DNA from: an uncultured Alphaproteobacteria bacterium
GTDB taxonomy: Bacteria; Pseudomonadota; Alphaproteobacteria; Rhodobacterales; Rhodobacteraceae
Assembly: GCA_929200255.1 (NCBI GenBank)
Contig: CAKMYZ010000002.1
Location: 262,854-326,853 of the forward strand
Length of the DNA: 64,000 nucleotides
Direction: 5' to 3'
The notes under the pieces were generated by a model. It made no database searches and was not told where the DNA came from. It was given only the letters and a program-made list of their open reading frames with translations. Made by a program: the position numbers and the translations under genes. Shown here piece by piece: positions 1 through 9,678 of this stretch (positions are counted from its first letter, which is position 1; each line of letters opens with the position of its first letter).

Positions 1-43
1 ATGAGGCCCATCTGGTCAGCCGCCTTGGCGGTCGCAACCCACT

Positions 44-946
44 TTAGAGCAAAAGCACCAGCATGATGATGCTGAGCGTGAGCAACAGCAATCCTTGCCA
101 TTCGCGTGCCGTCACCTTTTCCCCAAAAACAAAGGCGCCAATCAGCAGCGAAAAAAGCAGTTCAATCTGCCCGACTGCGTTCACATAGGCCGCATTCTGC
201 AGGGTAAAGGCTGTGAACCAGCAGATCGACCCGATCATACTGGTGACCCCCACCAGGCCTGCAACACGCCATGCCGACAAGACCCGCATAATCTCGCCCC
301 GTTCCCGCCATGCCAGCCATATCGCCATGGCGATGGTCTGAAACGCCGTCACACAGGCCAGTGTCACAATGGCGCGGTAAAACACATCGCCGTCCGCCAA
401 AGAGAGCGACGCCCCGCGATAGCCGTTGCCCGAAATGCCAAACAGCACCCCCGCCCCAAGCCCCAATGCAGTCGCCCGGTTAAAGATGCGCTGATGCCAA
501 GGCCCCGCGCCACCCGGCGGATCAGACAGCAGCAGGACACCCCCCAAGCCGATCAGCATTGCAAGGATCGTCAGCGCGGTGAATGTGTCGCCCAGGATGA
601 TGAACCCGAACAGCGCACTTAGCAGCACCTCGGTCTTTTTGAAGGTGATCCCAACGGCAAAGTTGCGATGGCTGAAAAGTGCGACCACACACATTGTTGC
701 CAGAATTTGAGATGTGCCCCCGGCCAGCATATAGGGCCAGAAGGACATAGGCAGGCTGGGTAAGCCCTGCCCTGTACTGTTGGCATAGATCACGGCAATC
801 ATCGCCACCAAAGGCGACGAATAGACAAACCGTGCGAAGGTCGCCCCTGCTGTCGAAAGCGCCATACCCTTCAGCCGCTTTTGCAGCATGAAGCGCAATG
901 TTTGCGCTGTGGCGGCGCCGATCGTGATAAGGATCCAGGGTTCCAT
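44..946 (-). CDS. EamA/DMT-superfamily membrane transporter
   Basis: Complete 300-aa ORF, very hydrophobic with about ten membrane spans in a two-half layout typical of DMT/EamA permeases; pattern-based call only. Confidence 0.6.
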   Translation of the reverse strand: MEPWILITIGAATAQTLRFMLQKRLKGMALSTAGATFARFVYSSPLVAMIAVIYANSTGQGLPSLPMSFWPYMLAGGTSQILATMCVVALFSHRNFAVGITFKKTEVLLSALFGFIILGDTFTALTILAMLIGLGGVLLLSDPPGGAGPWHQRIFNRATALGLGAGVLFGISGNGYRGASLSLADGDVFYRAIVTLACVTAFQTIAMAIWLAWRERGEIMRVLSAWRVAGLVGVTSMIGSICWFTAFTLQNAAYVNAVGQIELLFSLLIGAFVFGEKVTAREWQGLLLLTLSIIMLVLLL

Positions 947-969
947 GGGGCATCTATGCCCCTAATCGG

Positions 970-1863
970 CTACCGCCGCCAGAGCGGGTGCGCAACGGGG
1001 TCCTTTGCGCGCCAGAAATATCGCATAAAGACCTCTGCGTAGGAGGCATAAACATAACCACCATTACGCTGTTGATAGTGATCTTTGCGCGATCGGTAGA
1101 GGGCAGGCAGTCTGTACCAGGCCACTCGTGGGTGCATGTGATGCACCACATGCAGGTTGTTGTTGAGGAAGAGAAACCCAAAGACCCCTCCACGCTCTAC
1201 AATAACAGAACGTCCACTGGCACGCTCATGCGCACGGTGCTCGAGATAAGTACGCAGTTTGAGGATCGACATGCCGACGTAGGCCGCGATCAGATAGGAC
1301 CAAAGCGGCATGGGCGAGGCGCCCACAACTGCCAGCACAGCGGTCAACGCGGGGACATGCCACGCCCAACCACGCAGGACCGAGGCATCGCGCACGCGCC
1401 ACTCGGATATGAAAAAGCCGATCATGCCAACAAGCGGGCCAATGCAAAGACGCCCCGCCAATGTATTGTTCATCCGCAGAATGCAACGGACCGCCGCTGG
1501 CAGACTGCGCCAGACTTCAGCCGTCAGAAAATTGCTTTCGGGATCATCATAGGGATCGGTGATCACCTCGTCGTGGTGATGTGCCAGATGGGTCGCCTTG
1601 AACCTTGCGTAGGGAACGACCAGCATCAAGGGCGGCCAGATCAGCAAATCATTCAGCCATTGCTGCGTGAATGGGTGCCCGTGAATAACTTCGTGCTGCA
1701 ACGATGCGTGCAACGCGATTGCGACGCCACCAAAAACAACACCCAACCACAACGGCATGGCCCAAAGGGCAAGACCCCAAGCCAGATAACATGCTATGAT
1801 TAACCAAACGGTGGGCCACGCGATGCCTGCGCGCGCGCCAGTAATTCTTTGACTCATAGACAT
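970..1863 (-). CDS. membrane fatty-acid desaturase family protein
   Basis: 297-aa ORF with three histidine boxes (HEVIHGH, HLAHHH, HVVHHMH) and N-terminal membrane spans. Confidence 0.8.
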   Translation of the reverse strand: MSMSQRITGARAGIAWPTVWLIIACYLAWGLALWAMPLWLGVVFGGVAIALHASLQHEVIHGHPFTQQWLNDLLIWPPLMLVVPYARFKATHLAHHHDEVITDPYDDPESNFLTAEVWRSLPAAVRCILRMNNTLAGRLCIGPLVGMIGFFISEWRVRDASVLRGWAWHVPALTAVLAVVGASPMPLWSYLIAAYVGMSILKLRTYLEHRAHERASGRSVIVERGGVFGFLFLNNNLHVVHHMHPRVAWYRLPALYRSRKDHYQQRNGGYVYASYAEVFMRYFWRAKDPVAHPLWRR

Positions 1864-1940
1864 AAGGCTATGTGATCACGCATCCGTGAACCATTCGGAC
1901 AGTAGTTCACAAAAATACCGGTACATGATATTAGTCCCCA

Positions 1941-2801
1941 ATGGTGATAAAAATTGACAAGCGCGATCGTGCGCATCTTTTTCGGGAACGATTGATCGCC
2001 GCTATGACCCAAACCAATGCCACACAAAGTGGTTTGGCGCGGCAGGCTGGCGTTGACCGCTCCACCCTGTCGCAACTGCTTAAGGATCAAGGGGCAAGAC
2101 TGCCCAACGCGCAATTGGTCGCCGAATGCGCCGCGGCCCTTGGCGTCAGTGCGGATTGGCTACTGGGCCTGTCCGACCGCCCTGAACAGGCCGCCGACCT
2201 GGTCGCGACCGCCATTTCGATGACCCAAGCACCGCGCGCTATGGTCGATGACCAGATCTTTGCCTGGCATCAGGAGGCTGCGGGCTACAAAATCCGCCAT
2301 GTACCAGCCGCGCTGCCCGATATGCTCAAGACCGTGGATATCCTGCGTTGGGAATACGCGCCCTCCTTAGGTAAAACGATTGAGCAGGCGATTGGCGCCA
2401 GCACCGACCGGCTGAACTGGATGCGCGGTTCCCGTTCTGATTACGAGATTGCGATCCCGATGTCAGAAGTCGAAGCCTTCGCACGCGCCGAAGGCTATTA
2501 TGCTGGTGTGCCCTCTGAACTGCGTAAGGCGCAGCTGCTGCAGTTTCGTGACCTGCACGCGCAGCTGTACCCCAGCTTGCGCCTGCACCTATTCGATCAG
2601 CGCGAGCTGTATTCCGCGCCAGTCACCGTTTTCGGCCCGCTGCTTGCCGTGATCTACATTGGGCAGAATTACCTGGTGTTTCGCGACACCGAACGGGTGG
2701 CGGCCATCACCACGCATTTTGATGCATTGGTACGCGCGGCCAGCATAAGCCAGAAAGACCTGGCCACCTACTTTGATCGCCTGATCCGGCGGATCACCTA
2801 G
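1941..2801 (+). CDS. XRE-family helix-turn-helix regulator with large C-terminal domain
   Basis: N-terminal HTH signature TQSGLARQAGVDRSTLSQLLK; divergent from the desaturase gene. Confidence 0.65.
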   Translation: MVIKIDKRDRAHLFRERLIAAMTQTNATQSGLARQAGVDRSTLSQLLKDQGARLPNAQLVAECAAALGVSADWLLGLSDRPEQAADLVATAISMTQAPRAMVDDQIFAWHQEAAGYKIRHVPAALPDMLKTVDILRWEYAPSLGKTIEQAIGASTDRLNWMRGSRSDYEIAIPMSEVEAFARAEGYYAGVPSELRKAQLLQFRDLHAQLYPSLRLHLFDQRELYSAPVTVFGPLLAVIYIGQNYLVFRDTERVAAITTHFDALVRAASISQKDLATYFDRLIRRIT

Positions 2802-4258
2802 CCCCGCACACCGATTGCTTTGCCCGCACCTTCTGGGGGCGGCAAAGCCGCGTGAGCGTCGGCGATCTCTTTCAGCATCGCTGCCAATTTTGGTGCTGGC
2901 TCCGACGCACGCCGGGTCTCCAAGCTAACATGGATCAGCATATGTTCCCCTGTCGCCAGTTCACGGTCGCCCGCGAACATGCGGTGGAACAGATGCATCT
3001 TTTTGCCGACCCCTGCCAGAACCTGCGTCTCGATACGGATCACGGCACCGGCATGGACTTCGTCCAGATGCCGGATATGCGTCTCTGCGGTGAAGTAGCT
3101 GCCGCCGGTTGCGATATACTCCGCATCGCAACCAATGAGCATCATCAACCGATCCGTGGCATCGCCAAAGGCCTGCAAATAGCGCGCCTCGTTCATATGA
3201 CCGTTGTAGTCGGTCCAGTCCAACGGCACCGCGCGTTCCACAGTCACAATCGGCTGACCAAGATCGTCAGGCAGCCCAACCGTGCCTTCGACACGGCGGT
3301 CCTGCGCGTTCAGCAGTTTGCCCGCACCCCAGTCCTGCGCCTTGAGCCCGCGCAGGATGCTGACCAGATTGTCATCACGGGCACGCTCCAATTCGCGGAT
3401 CGAATACTTGCCCGATTGGGTGTCAGACTGATCGGCAACTCTATCGATCAGCTCATCCGTCAGTTCGGGCACATCCATCAGTTTGGTCCAGGGCCACTCC
3501 AGGCAGGGGCCAAACTGTTCGATGAAATGGCGCATGCCTGCTTCACCGCCGGCAATGCGGTAGGTCTCAAACAGGCCCATCTGCGCCCAGCGCAGGCCAA
3601 ATCCATAGCGGATTGCATCGTCGATCTCTTCGGTTGTGGCAATGCCATCCTTGATCAGCCAAAGCGCCTCGCGCCAGACAGCCTCAAGAAAGCGGTCCGC
3701 GATATGGGCGTCAATCTCGGCCCGGACATGCAGCGGATGCATCCCGATGTTGGTCAGTATCTCTTTCGCCTTGTCGATGATTGCCGGCGCCGTCTTTGCG
3801 CTTGGAACCAGTTCGACAAGCGGCAGCAGATACACCGGGTTGAACGGGTGCGTGACCACGATCTGCGCCGGGCGTGTCGCACAGCCCTGCAATTCTGATG
3901 GTTTAAAGCCGCTGGTCGAGGAGCCGATCACAGCATCATGGGGGCAATGTTCTTGCAGGGTCTGATAGACCTTGCGTTTCAGCTCCAACCGCTCAGGCAC
4001 GCTTTCCTGAATCCAGTCCACACCTGCGACAGCCGCCGATATGGTGTCGTGGAACGTCAGCGTACCTTCCGCTGGCAGCGCCACATCAGACAGCCCCGGC
4101 AAGGACCGTCGCGCATTGTTCAGCACCTCGGTGATCTTGCGACCGGCGTCTGGGTCGGGGTCAAAAACCTGCACATCCCAGCCCATCAACAAAAACCGCG
4201 CGGCCCAGCCGCCACCGATCACACCACCGCCGATGATGGCTGCTGTCTGCTGTGTCAT
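2798..4258 (-). CDS. lcdH: L-carnitine 3-dehydrogenase fused to a C-terminal hotdog thioesterase domain
   Basis: N-terminal Rossmann motif IIGGGVIGGGWA and 3-hydroxyacyl-CoA-dehydrogenase-like core plus a roughly 160-aa thioesterase-like tail; BKACE gene in the same tightly packed gene string. Confidence 0.7.
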   Translation of the reverse strand: MTQQTAAIIGGGVIGGGWAARFLLMGWDVQVFDPDPDAGRKITEVLNNARRSLPGLSDVALPAEGTLTFHDTISAAVAGVDWIQESVPERLELKRKVYQTLQEHCPHDAVIGSSTSGFKPSELQGCATRPAQIVVTHPFNPVYLLPLVELVPSAKTAPAIIDKAKEILTNIGMHPLHVRAEIDAHIADRFLEAVWREALWLIKDGIATTEEIDDAIRYGFGLRWAQMGLFETYRIAGGEAGMRHFIEQFGPCLEWPWTKLMDVPELTDELIDRVADQSDTQSGKYSIRELERARDDNLVSILRGLKAQDWGAGKLLNAQDRRVEGTVGLPDDLGQPIVTVERAVPLDWTDYNGHMNEARYLQAFGDATDRLMMLIGCDAEYIATGGSYFTAETHIRHLDEVHAGAVIRIETQVLAGVGKKMHLFHRMFAGDRELATGEHMLIHVSLETRRASEPAPKLAAMLKEIADAHAALPPPEGAGKAIGVRG

Positions 4259-4266
4259 GTTTGACC

Positions 4267-4515
4267 TTATGTGTTGGTACTGGGGTGGTTGAATTCATCC
4301 GCTGGCACCGGTTCACGCCGGATCGTCGGGTCGCAGGCCACCATCGCCGTATTGCTGTCGCGGATAATCAGCCCGCCGCGCGCGCGGCATTGCTCGAACG
4401 TCATGCGGTTGCCGATCACCATATATTCCTGTCGGCCAGAGCCGCCGCCGACCATCGCCCCTGTGCCTTCGCAGGCTGCCAAGGCCAGAACACTTCCCAA
4501 AATCATGCGCTTCAT
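4267..4515 (-). CDS. small lipoprotein, unknown function
   Basis: 82-aa ORF with signal peptide and lipobox (LALAAC); ATGA start/stop overlap with upstream blc. Confidence 0.45.
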   Translation of the reverse strand: MKRMILGSVLALAACEGTGAMVGGGSGRQEYMVIGNRMTFEQCRARGGLIIRDSNTAMVACDPTIRREPVPADEFNHPSTNT

Positions 4516-5045
4516 TGCCGCACCTCCACTAGTCGGCTGAGATCATAGCCGTTGAATTCCAAAACATCACGTGCTGCTTGCAACCGGTCTGGCGGGATCG
4601 CCGGGTCGCGGTTCAATATCCAACCGGACCGCCCATCGGGCGCACCAACAACCGCTGTTCGGTAGCTTTCGTCGGTCCAGAGCACCCAGTAATCAGCGAC
4701 CACAAAAGGCACCGACGCAAAGCGCACTTCAAGCCTGCCGGGGCCAACGATCTTTGCTGTGCCTGCAATCCGTGATTTTTCACTGCCATCGGGGTTGCGA
4801 CATATATTGAGAACAGAGAGCGTCCCATCTTCACGCAGGCCGTATTCAGCGGTCACGCCAACGCAGCCCGCCTCAAATGGGACCGGATAGCGGGCGACCT
4901 CATGCCATTGACCTAAGTAACGGGCAGGATCAAAGACCGCTTTGGATGCAATTGGGGTATCCGTATCGCGGTAAACCGAAAACAGCCCGCCGCTGTCCTG
5001 CGTCGCACAGCCAGCAAGCAGTACGATCAGCGCCAACGCCCTCAC
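4512..5045 (-). CDS. blc: bacterial lipocalin (outer-membrane lipoprotein Blc)
   Basis: 177 aa, lipobox LLAGC, lipocalin-type motifs (YLGQWHEVAR, WVLWTDESY); GTG start overlaps BKACE stop (GTGA). Confidence 0.75.
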   Translation of the reverse strand: MRALALIVLLAGCATQDSGGLFSVYRDTDTPIASKAVFDPARYLGQWHEVARYPVPFEAGCVGVTAEYGLREDGTLSVLNICRNPDGSEKSRIAGTAKIVGPGRLEVRFASVPFVVADYWVLWTDESYRTAVVGAPDGRSGWILNRDPAIPPDRLQAARDVLEFNGYDLSRLVEVRQ

Positions 5046-5956
5046 TTGGCCGCCGGGGCGCGTTTGGTCAGGCCTAGCTTTGCGCGCACATCGGCCGGGC
5101 CGATGACCTTGGCCCCAAGGTTTCCAACAATCCCGGCGGCACGCTCGACCAATTGCGCATTGGTCGCCAGCACACCCCGGTCCAGCATCAGGTTATCCTC
5201 CAGCCCGACACGCACATTGCCGCCCGCCAGCACAGAGGCCGCAACATAAGGCATCTGGCTGCGCCCCAAACCGAAAGCAGAGAAGGTCCAGTCGTCGGGC
5301 ACATTGTTGACCATCGCCATAAAGGTGTTGAGGTCATCAGGGGCGCCCCAAGGCACGCCCATACAAAGCTGAACCAATGCGGGGCTATCCAGCACACCAT
5401 CTTTGACCAGTTGCTTGGCATACCACAGATGGCCAGTGTCGAAGGCTTCGATCTCTGGCTTCACCCCCAGATCGGTCATCATCCGCCCCATGGCAACCAG
5501 CATCCCGGGGGTGTTGGTCATCACATAGTCGGCTTCGGCGAAATTCATCGTGCCGCAATCCAACGTGCAGATTTCAGGCAGACATGCAGCAACATGGGCA
5601 ACCCTTTCGGTCGCCCCCACCATATCTGTACCAGCCGCGGGCGGCAGCGGCGCTTCGGTGCCACCAAAAACAATATCACCGCCCATGCCAGCGGTCAGGT
5701 TCAGCACCACGTCAACCTCTGCATCACGGATACGGTCGGTCACTTCGCGGTATAGAGCCAAATCGCGTGACGGCACGCCAGTTTCAGGATCACGCACGTG
5801 GCAATGCACGATGGCAGCGCCCGCTTTGGCGGCATCAATCGCACTGTCAGCAATCTGCTGGGGGGAGCGCGGCACATGCGGGCTGCGGTCTTGCGTGGAG
5901 CCAGAGCCGGTTACAGCACAGGTGATAAAGACCTCGCGGTTCATCTCAAGTGGCAT
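5042..5956 (-). CDS. 3-keto-5-aminohexanoate cleavage (BKACE) family enzyme, probable dehydrocarnitine cleavage enzyme
   Basis: BKACE-like N-terminus (VFITCAVTGSGSTQD) and length; start moved to ATG 5956, preceded by AGGAGA 6 nt upstream. Confidence 0.8.
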   Translation of the reverse strand: MPLEMNREVFITCAVTGSGSTQDRSPHVPRSPQQIADSAIDAAKAGAAIVHCHVRDPETGVPSRDLALYREVTDRIRDAEVDVVLNLTAGMGGDIVFGGTEAPLPPAAGTDMVGATERVAHVAACLPEICTLDCGTMNFAEADYVMTNTPGMLVAMGRMMTDLGVKPEIEAFDTGHLWYAKQLVKDGVLDSPALVQLCMGVPWGAPDDLNTFMAMVNNVPDDWTFSAFGLGRSQMPYVAASVLAGGNVRVGLEDNLMLDRGVLATNAQLVERAAGIVGNLGAKVIGPADVRAKLGLTKRAPAAK

Positions 5957-6218
5957 CGGCGCTCTCCTGTTCGTTGGCACGCAGTGTTTCGGCGACATTT
6001 GCTGAAATCAACGGACCGCACAAGGCGGAATTCTTGACAGGCGGGTGGGAGCTCTGCCACAAGCGCTGCATGACCAGAGCTATGCGCACCGCAGTGATCT
6101 ATTTTACCAGCGCCATATCACGGCGGCTGGCCCCTTTCTGATACCTCATACCAACAGCCGCCCGTAAGGGTTGGCTCTGTTTCATCTGTCCTTGCGGGCC
6201 ACACGCAAAGGACACACG

Positions 6219-6683
6219 ATGATCAAGATTTCCAAAGTCACCCCGAAAGACATTCCCGCCTTGCTGGCAATGATCCGCCAGCTCTGCGCCTTTCATAGTC
6301 ATACCTGCGTGATGGGATTGGCCGATACGCAAGCCCAGTTCATCGATGGGCCGCTGACGGGCTTCATTGCCCATCAGGACGGGCGTCCGGTCGGCTACGC
6401 CGCCATTGAGCCACATTGGCGACCGATGCATCGCGGACCACTGCATGACATCGCCCATCTTTTTGTTGAAGAGGCGATGCGCGGACGCGGCGTGGCCAAA
6501 GCACTGATCAAGGCCGCGCAGGCCCACGCGCGCCAGTCGGGCGCGTACAGGCTGGTCATTGGCACATCACCAGTGAACCCCGGTGCCGCAGCGGCGTATC
6601 GGGCCATGGGGCTGGCAGAGATCACAACACAGCCCGGCCCCCGGTTTGAAATCGCGATGGATGCCAAGCGTAAGGTGGATTGA
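6219..6683 (+). CDS. GNAT-family N-acetyltransferase
   Basis: Acetyl-CoA-binding-type motif (RGRGVAKALIKAA); start at ATG 6219 with AAAGGA upstream; last five codons and the stop lie inside a REP-like palindrome. Confidence 0.7.
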   Translation: MIKISKVTPKDIPALLAMIRQLCAFHSHTCVMGLADTQAQFIDGPLTGFIAHQDGRPVGYAAIEPHWRPMHRGPLHDIAHLFVEEAMRGRGVAKALIKAAQAHARQSGAYRLVIGTSPVNPGAAAAYRAMGLAEITTQPGPRFEIAMDAKRKVD

Positions 6684-6695
6684 AATCCACCTTAC
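6670..6695. repeat. REP-like palindrome copy 1 (GTAAGGTGGATTGAAATCCACCTTAC)
   Basis: 12-nt arms GTAAGGTGGATT / AATCCACCTTAC read directly; wedged between two convergent stop codons (6681-6683 and 6696-6698). Confidence 0.8.
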
Positions 6696-7739
6696 TTAAT
6701 AGGGCATCGGGTGCGCCACATGCACGGCATCGATCTCGGCAATCACCTCAACCGGCAAGACAGTATCCTTGCCCGCAAGGATTTGCGTTAACTGCTCTGA
6801 TGTTGTCGCGCCAAAAATTGCCGACACCGCAAAGGGCCTTGTGCGTTGCCACGCCATGGCCATATGCACCGGATCCAGCCCATGCTTTGCGGCCACCTCC
6901 AGATAAGCCTGCAAGGCTGGCCACATCCGGTCCGTCACCCGCCCGCCAAGATCACCGTTAATCGACATGCGGCTGCCTTCCGGCACCGCGCCATTGCGGT
7001 ACTTCCCCGTCAGCAGGCCGCATGCCAGCGGCGAGAAGGACAGCAATGTCACATCTTCATTCACTGCCATCTCAGCCATGTCGGTGTCATACAGACGGCA
7101 CAGCAAGGAATACTCATTCTGCACCGATGCCATACGTGGCAGACCTGCCTTGTCGGCCTGATCAATCCATTTTGTCATGCCCCAGGCGCTTTCATTCGAC
7201 ATACCAATGGCGCGAATTTTGCCCGCCTTGACCGCTTCATTCAGCGCCTCAAGCACATCCATCATATGGTCCATCGTCTGCTGGCGGTTCTGGCCAGAGG
7301 GGTCAAAGGCCCAGTTCTGTCGAAACATGTAGGAGCCGCGCATCGGCCAATGCATCTGATAAAGATCAATCACATCTGTTTGCAGGCGTTTGAGCGAGGT
7401 ATCGACCGCCTCGCGAATGACCGCCCCATCATAACCGCGCCCATCCCGCACCCACCCGGGATTGTCGCCCGAAACTTTGGTGGCCACAACAACCTCATCC
7501 CGCCGCCCGGTCTTGGTGATCCAGTTACCAATAGTTTGTTCCGACAAGCCAACAGTTTCGGCACGGATCGGATTGACAGGGTACATCTCGGCAGTGTCGA
7601 GGAAATTGATCCCAGCATCCAGGGACATATCGATCTGACGATGCGCGTCCTCTTGAGGTGTTTGATTGCCAAAGGTCATGGTGCCAAGGCACCATTCGCT
7701 GACCATGATATCGGTGCGGCCAAGGGCGAGTTTCTGCAT
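6696..7739 (-). CDS. aldo/keto reductase (Tas-like NADP-dependent oxidoreductase)
   Basis: 347 aa with AKR hallmarks (GINFLDTAEMY, VVATKV, NEYSLL). Confidence 0.85.
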   Translation of the reverse strand: MQKLALGRTDIMVSEWCLGTMTFGNQTPQEDAHRQIDMSLDAGINFLDTAEMYPVNPIRAETVGLSEQTIGNWITKTGRRDEVVVATKVSGDNPGWVRDGRGYDGAVIREAVDTSLKRLQTDVIDLYQMHWPMRGSYMFRQNWAFDPSGQNRQQTMDHMMDVLEALNEAVKAGKIRAIGMSNESAWGMTKWIDQADKAGLPRMASVQNEYSLLCRLYDTDMAEMAVNEDVTLLSFSPLACGLLTGKYRNGAVPEGSRMSINGDLGGRVTDRMWPALQAYLEVAAKHGLDPVHMAMAWQRTRPFAVSAIFGATTSEQLTQILAGKDTVLPVEVIAEIDAVHVAHPMPY

Positions 7740-7812
7740 CGGTTCTACCTCAAATCAATTTCGTGCCAGACCCTAATGTGCGTGAAGGGAAGGGCAAGGG
7801 GCCAAAGACGAC

Positions 7813-9102
7813 ATGAGCAACGTCGATAATGGCCTAGAAACTCACGACCAACAGGCGCATAGCTGCCCCATGCGTATGATCATCTCCTTCGCTGCTCTGT
7901 TCTTGTCGGTTGCCCTGTTGCAGTTGTCGTCCGGTGGCGTCGGCCCTCTTGATGCCTTAACCGGGCTCGGCCTTGGGTTCTCTCAATCTCAGGTGGGTTT
8001 TCTCGGCTCTGCTCATTTCTTGGGGTTCTTCATCGGTTGCTGGTGGGCACCACGCCTGATGGGCAGCGTCGGTCACAGCCGCGCATTCGCAACTTTCACG
8101 GCCATGGGAGCCATTGGTTTGGCCGCCCATGTGGTCATCACAGAGCCCTATTTCTGGGCCTTCTTTCGCATCGGATCAGGGATTTGCATCGCGGGCTGCT
8201 ACACGGTGATCGAGGCATGGTTGCAGGCCAAAGTCACCAATGAGACGCGCGGCCGCGCCATGGCCAGCTACCGCATTGCGGACACCGGTGCCTCTTTCAT
8301 TGCGCAGTTCATGATTGGCGCTCTGGCCAATCTGGAAACCTACATTGCCTACAACGTCCTGACGATCCTGTGTTGTGCGTCCCTTCTGCCGCTTGCCCTC
8401 ACCCGCGTGCCCCAGCCCGAAACCCCAAAGGCGACGCGGCTACGCCCTGCCCTTGCCTGGGCCTGCTCGCCGTTGGCAATTGCCGCTGTGTTGGTCGCCG
8501 CGATGTCGAGCGCATCCTTCCGCATGGTTGGCCCGATCTATGGGCAAGAGGTTGGGTTGACGGCGAACCAAATCGGTTCGTTCCTCGCGGCTTTTGTGGC
8601 CGGGGGGGCGATTGCACAGTACCCCGTGGGCTGGCTCGCCGACAAATACGACCGCCGCTGGGTGATGATCTGGCTGTCCGTGGCGGCGATCCTGTCCTGT
8701 ACCTTCACCGTCGCAACCGCAGGCCAGGGGACCACGATTATTCTGACCGCCGCGTTCCTGTTTGGATTGACGACCTTCCCGATTTATTCGGTGGCCACCG
8801 CCCACGCCCATGACTTTGCAACCTCAGATCAACGGGTCGAACTGTCCGCCGCGCTGATGTTTTTCTTCGCATTAGGTGCAATCGCAGCGCCTTTGACCAC
8901 CTCGGCACTGATTGGTGCATTTGGTGCGGCGGCGTTGTTCTATTTCATCTCGGCGGGGCACGTGCTGCTGGTTGTCTTCGGCCTCACCCGAATGCGCGTG
9001 CGCGGCGCGCCCGAAGCGCGCACGCGATATATCTACGCCCCGCGCACCAGCTTTGGGGTCGGCCGTTTACTGGGGCGCAGTCGTGAGAATCAGAAGGAAT
9101 AA
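7813..9102 (+). CDS. MFS transporter
   Basis: 429 aa with about 12 membrane spans; the true start may be the internal Met at 7870. Confidence 0.7.
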   Translation: MSNVDNGLETHDQQAHSCPMRMIISFAALFLSVALLQLSSGGVGPLDALTGLGLGFSQSQVGFLGSAHFLGFFIGCWWAPRLMGSVGHSRAFATFTAMGAIGLAAHVVITEPYFWAFFRIGSGICIAGCYTVIEAWLQAKVTNETRGRAMASYRIADTGASFIAQFMIGALANLETYIAYNVLTILCCASLLPLALTRVPQPETPKATRLRPALAWACSPLAIAAVLVAAMSSASFRMVGPIYGQEVGLTANQIGSFLAAFVAGGAIAQYPVGWLADKYDRRWVMIWLSVAAILSCTFTVATAGQGTTIILTAAFLFGLTTFPIYSVATAHAHDFATSDQRVELSAALMFFFALGAIAAPLTTSALIGAFGAAALFYFISAGHVLLVVFGLTRMRVRGAPEARTRYIYAPRTSFGVGRLLGRSRENQKE

Positions 9103-9554
9103 AGCACCGCTACCCGTGTGGTCGTGATCGCTGCGGTAAACGTGTTGTCCATGAAGTCGCGGATAAGCTCGCCACGCAGGGCAATATTTGGTGTGAGCGC
9201 CCGCTCTGCGCCAAATCCGGCATTGTAGCCACCGGACGTATCATCGCCGAAGTAGTATTCGGTCACGCCGCCGCCGACCCGGATTGTGTAGTCATTCCAG
9301 TCGTAGCTGGCCAAAATGCGCACCCGCAGCGTTTCATAGTCGTTGCTCCCTGCAACACGCGCGCCTGCGTCGATTTCCGCCCCAAGCCCCATACCCCCTG
9401 TTTCAATCCCAAATCCAGCGATGACAGAGGTCACGGTTTGGGCGTCACCGGAATGTGGGAACATGTAGTCAAAACCGCCCCCGACATAGATCTCTTGCGC
9501 TTGAGCAGCGGTGCCAAGGGTGGCGGCAAAAAGGGCGACTGCGAGGGTTTTCAT
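9090..9554 (-). CDS. outer-membrane beta-barrel protein
   Basis: Signal peptide MKTLAVALFAATLGTAAQA, alternating beta-strand pattern, C-terminal YSF; start at ATG 9554 with GGAGAG upstream. Confidence 0.6.
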   Translation of the reverse strand: MKTLAVALFAATLGTAAQAQEIYVGGGFDYMFPHSGDAQTVTSVIAGFGIETGGMGLGAEIDAGARVAGSNDYETLRVRILASYDWNDYTIRVGGGVTEYYFGDDTSGGYNAGFGAERALTPNIALRGELIRDFMDNTFTAAITTTRVAVLYSF

Positions 9555-9678
9555 CAGCTCTCTCCAATGATGGGTGGCATTCAAGCCGTGTTTAAGCCGC
9601 CGATCCCTGCCACGCAACATCTGGCATCTGCCGCGCACCCCAGCTAGATAGGGCCAAACCCATCAAGGATACCCGCGC

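Noticed and set aside
947-962. Hairpin GGGGCAT-CT-ATGCCCC between the desaturase stop and the eamA start
   Set aside because: The 7-bp stem has a 2-nt loop and no U-tract, and it abuts the eamA ATG, so it is not a convincing terminator. Its function is unclear and the evidence is too weak for a feature call.
6151-6174. CCAAC...CGTAAGGGTTGG segment resembling half of the REP-like repeat
   Set aside because: It shares only the GTAAGG hexamer, lacks the TGGAT core and has only a 5-bp stem, so I did not count it as a family member.
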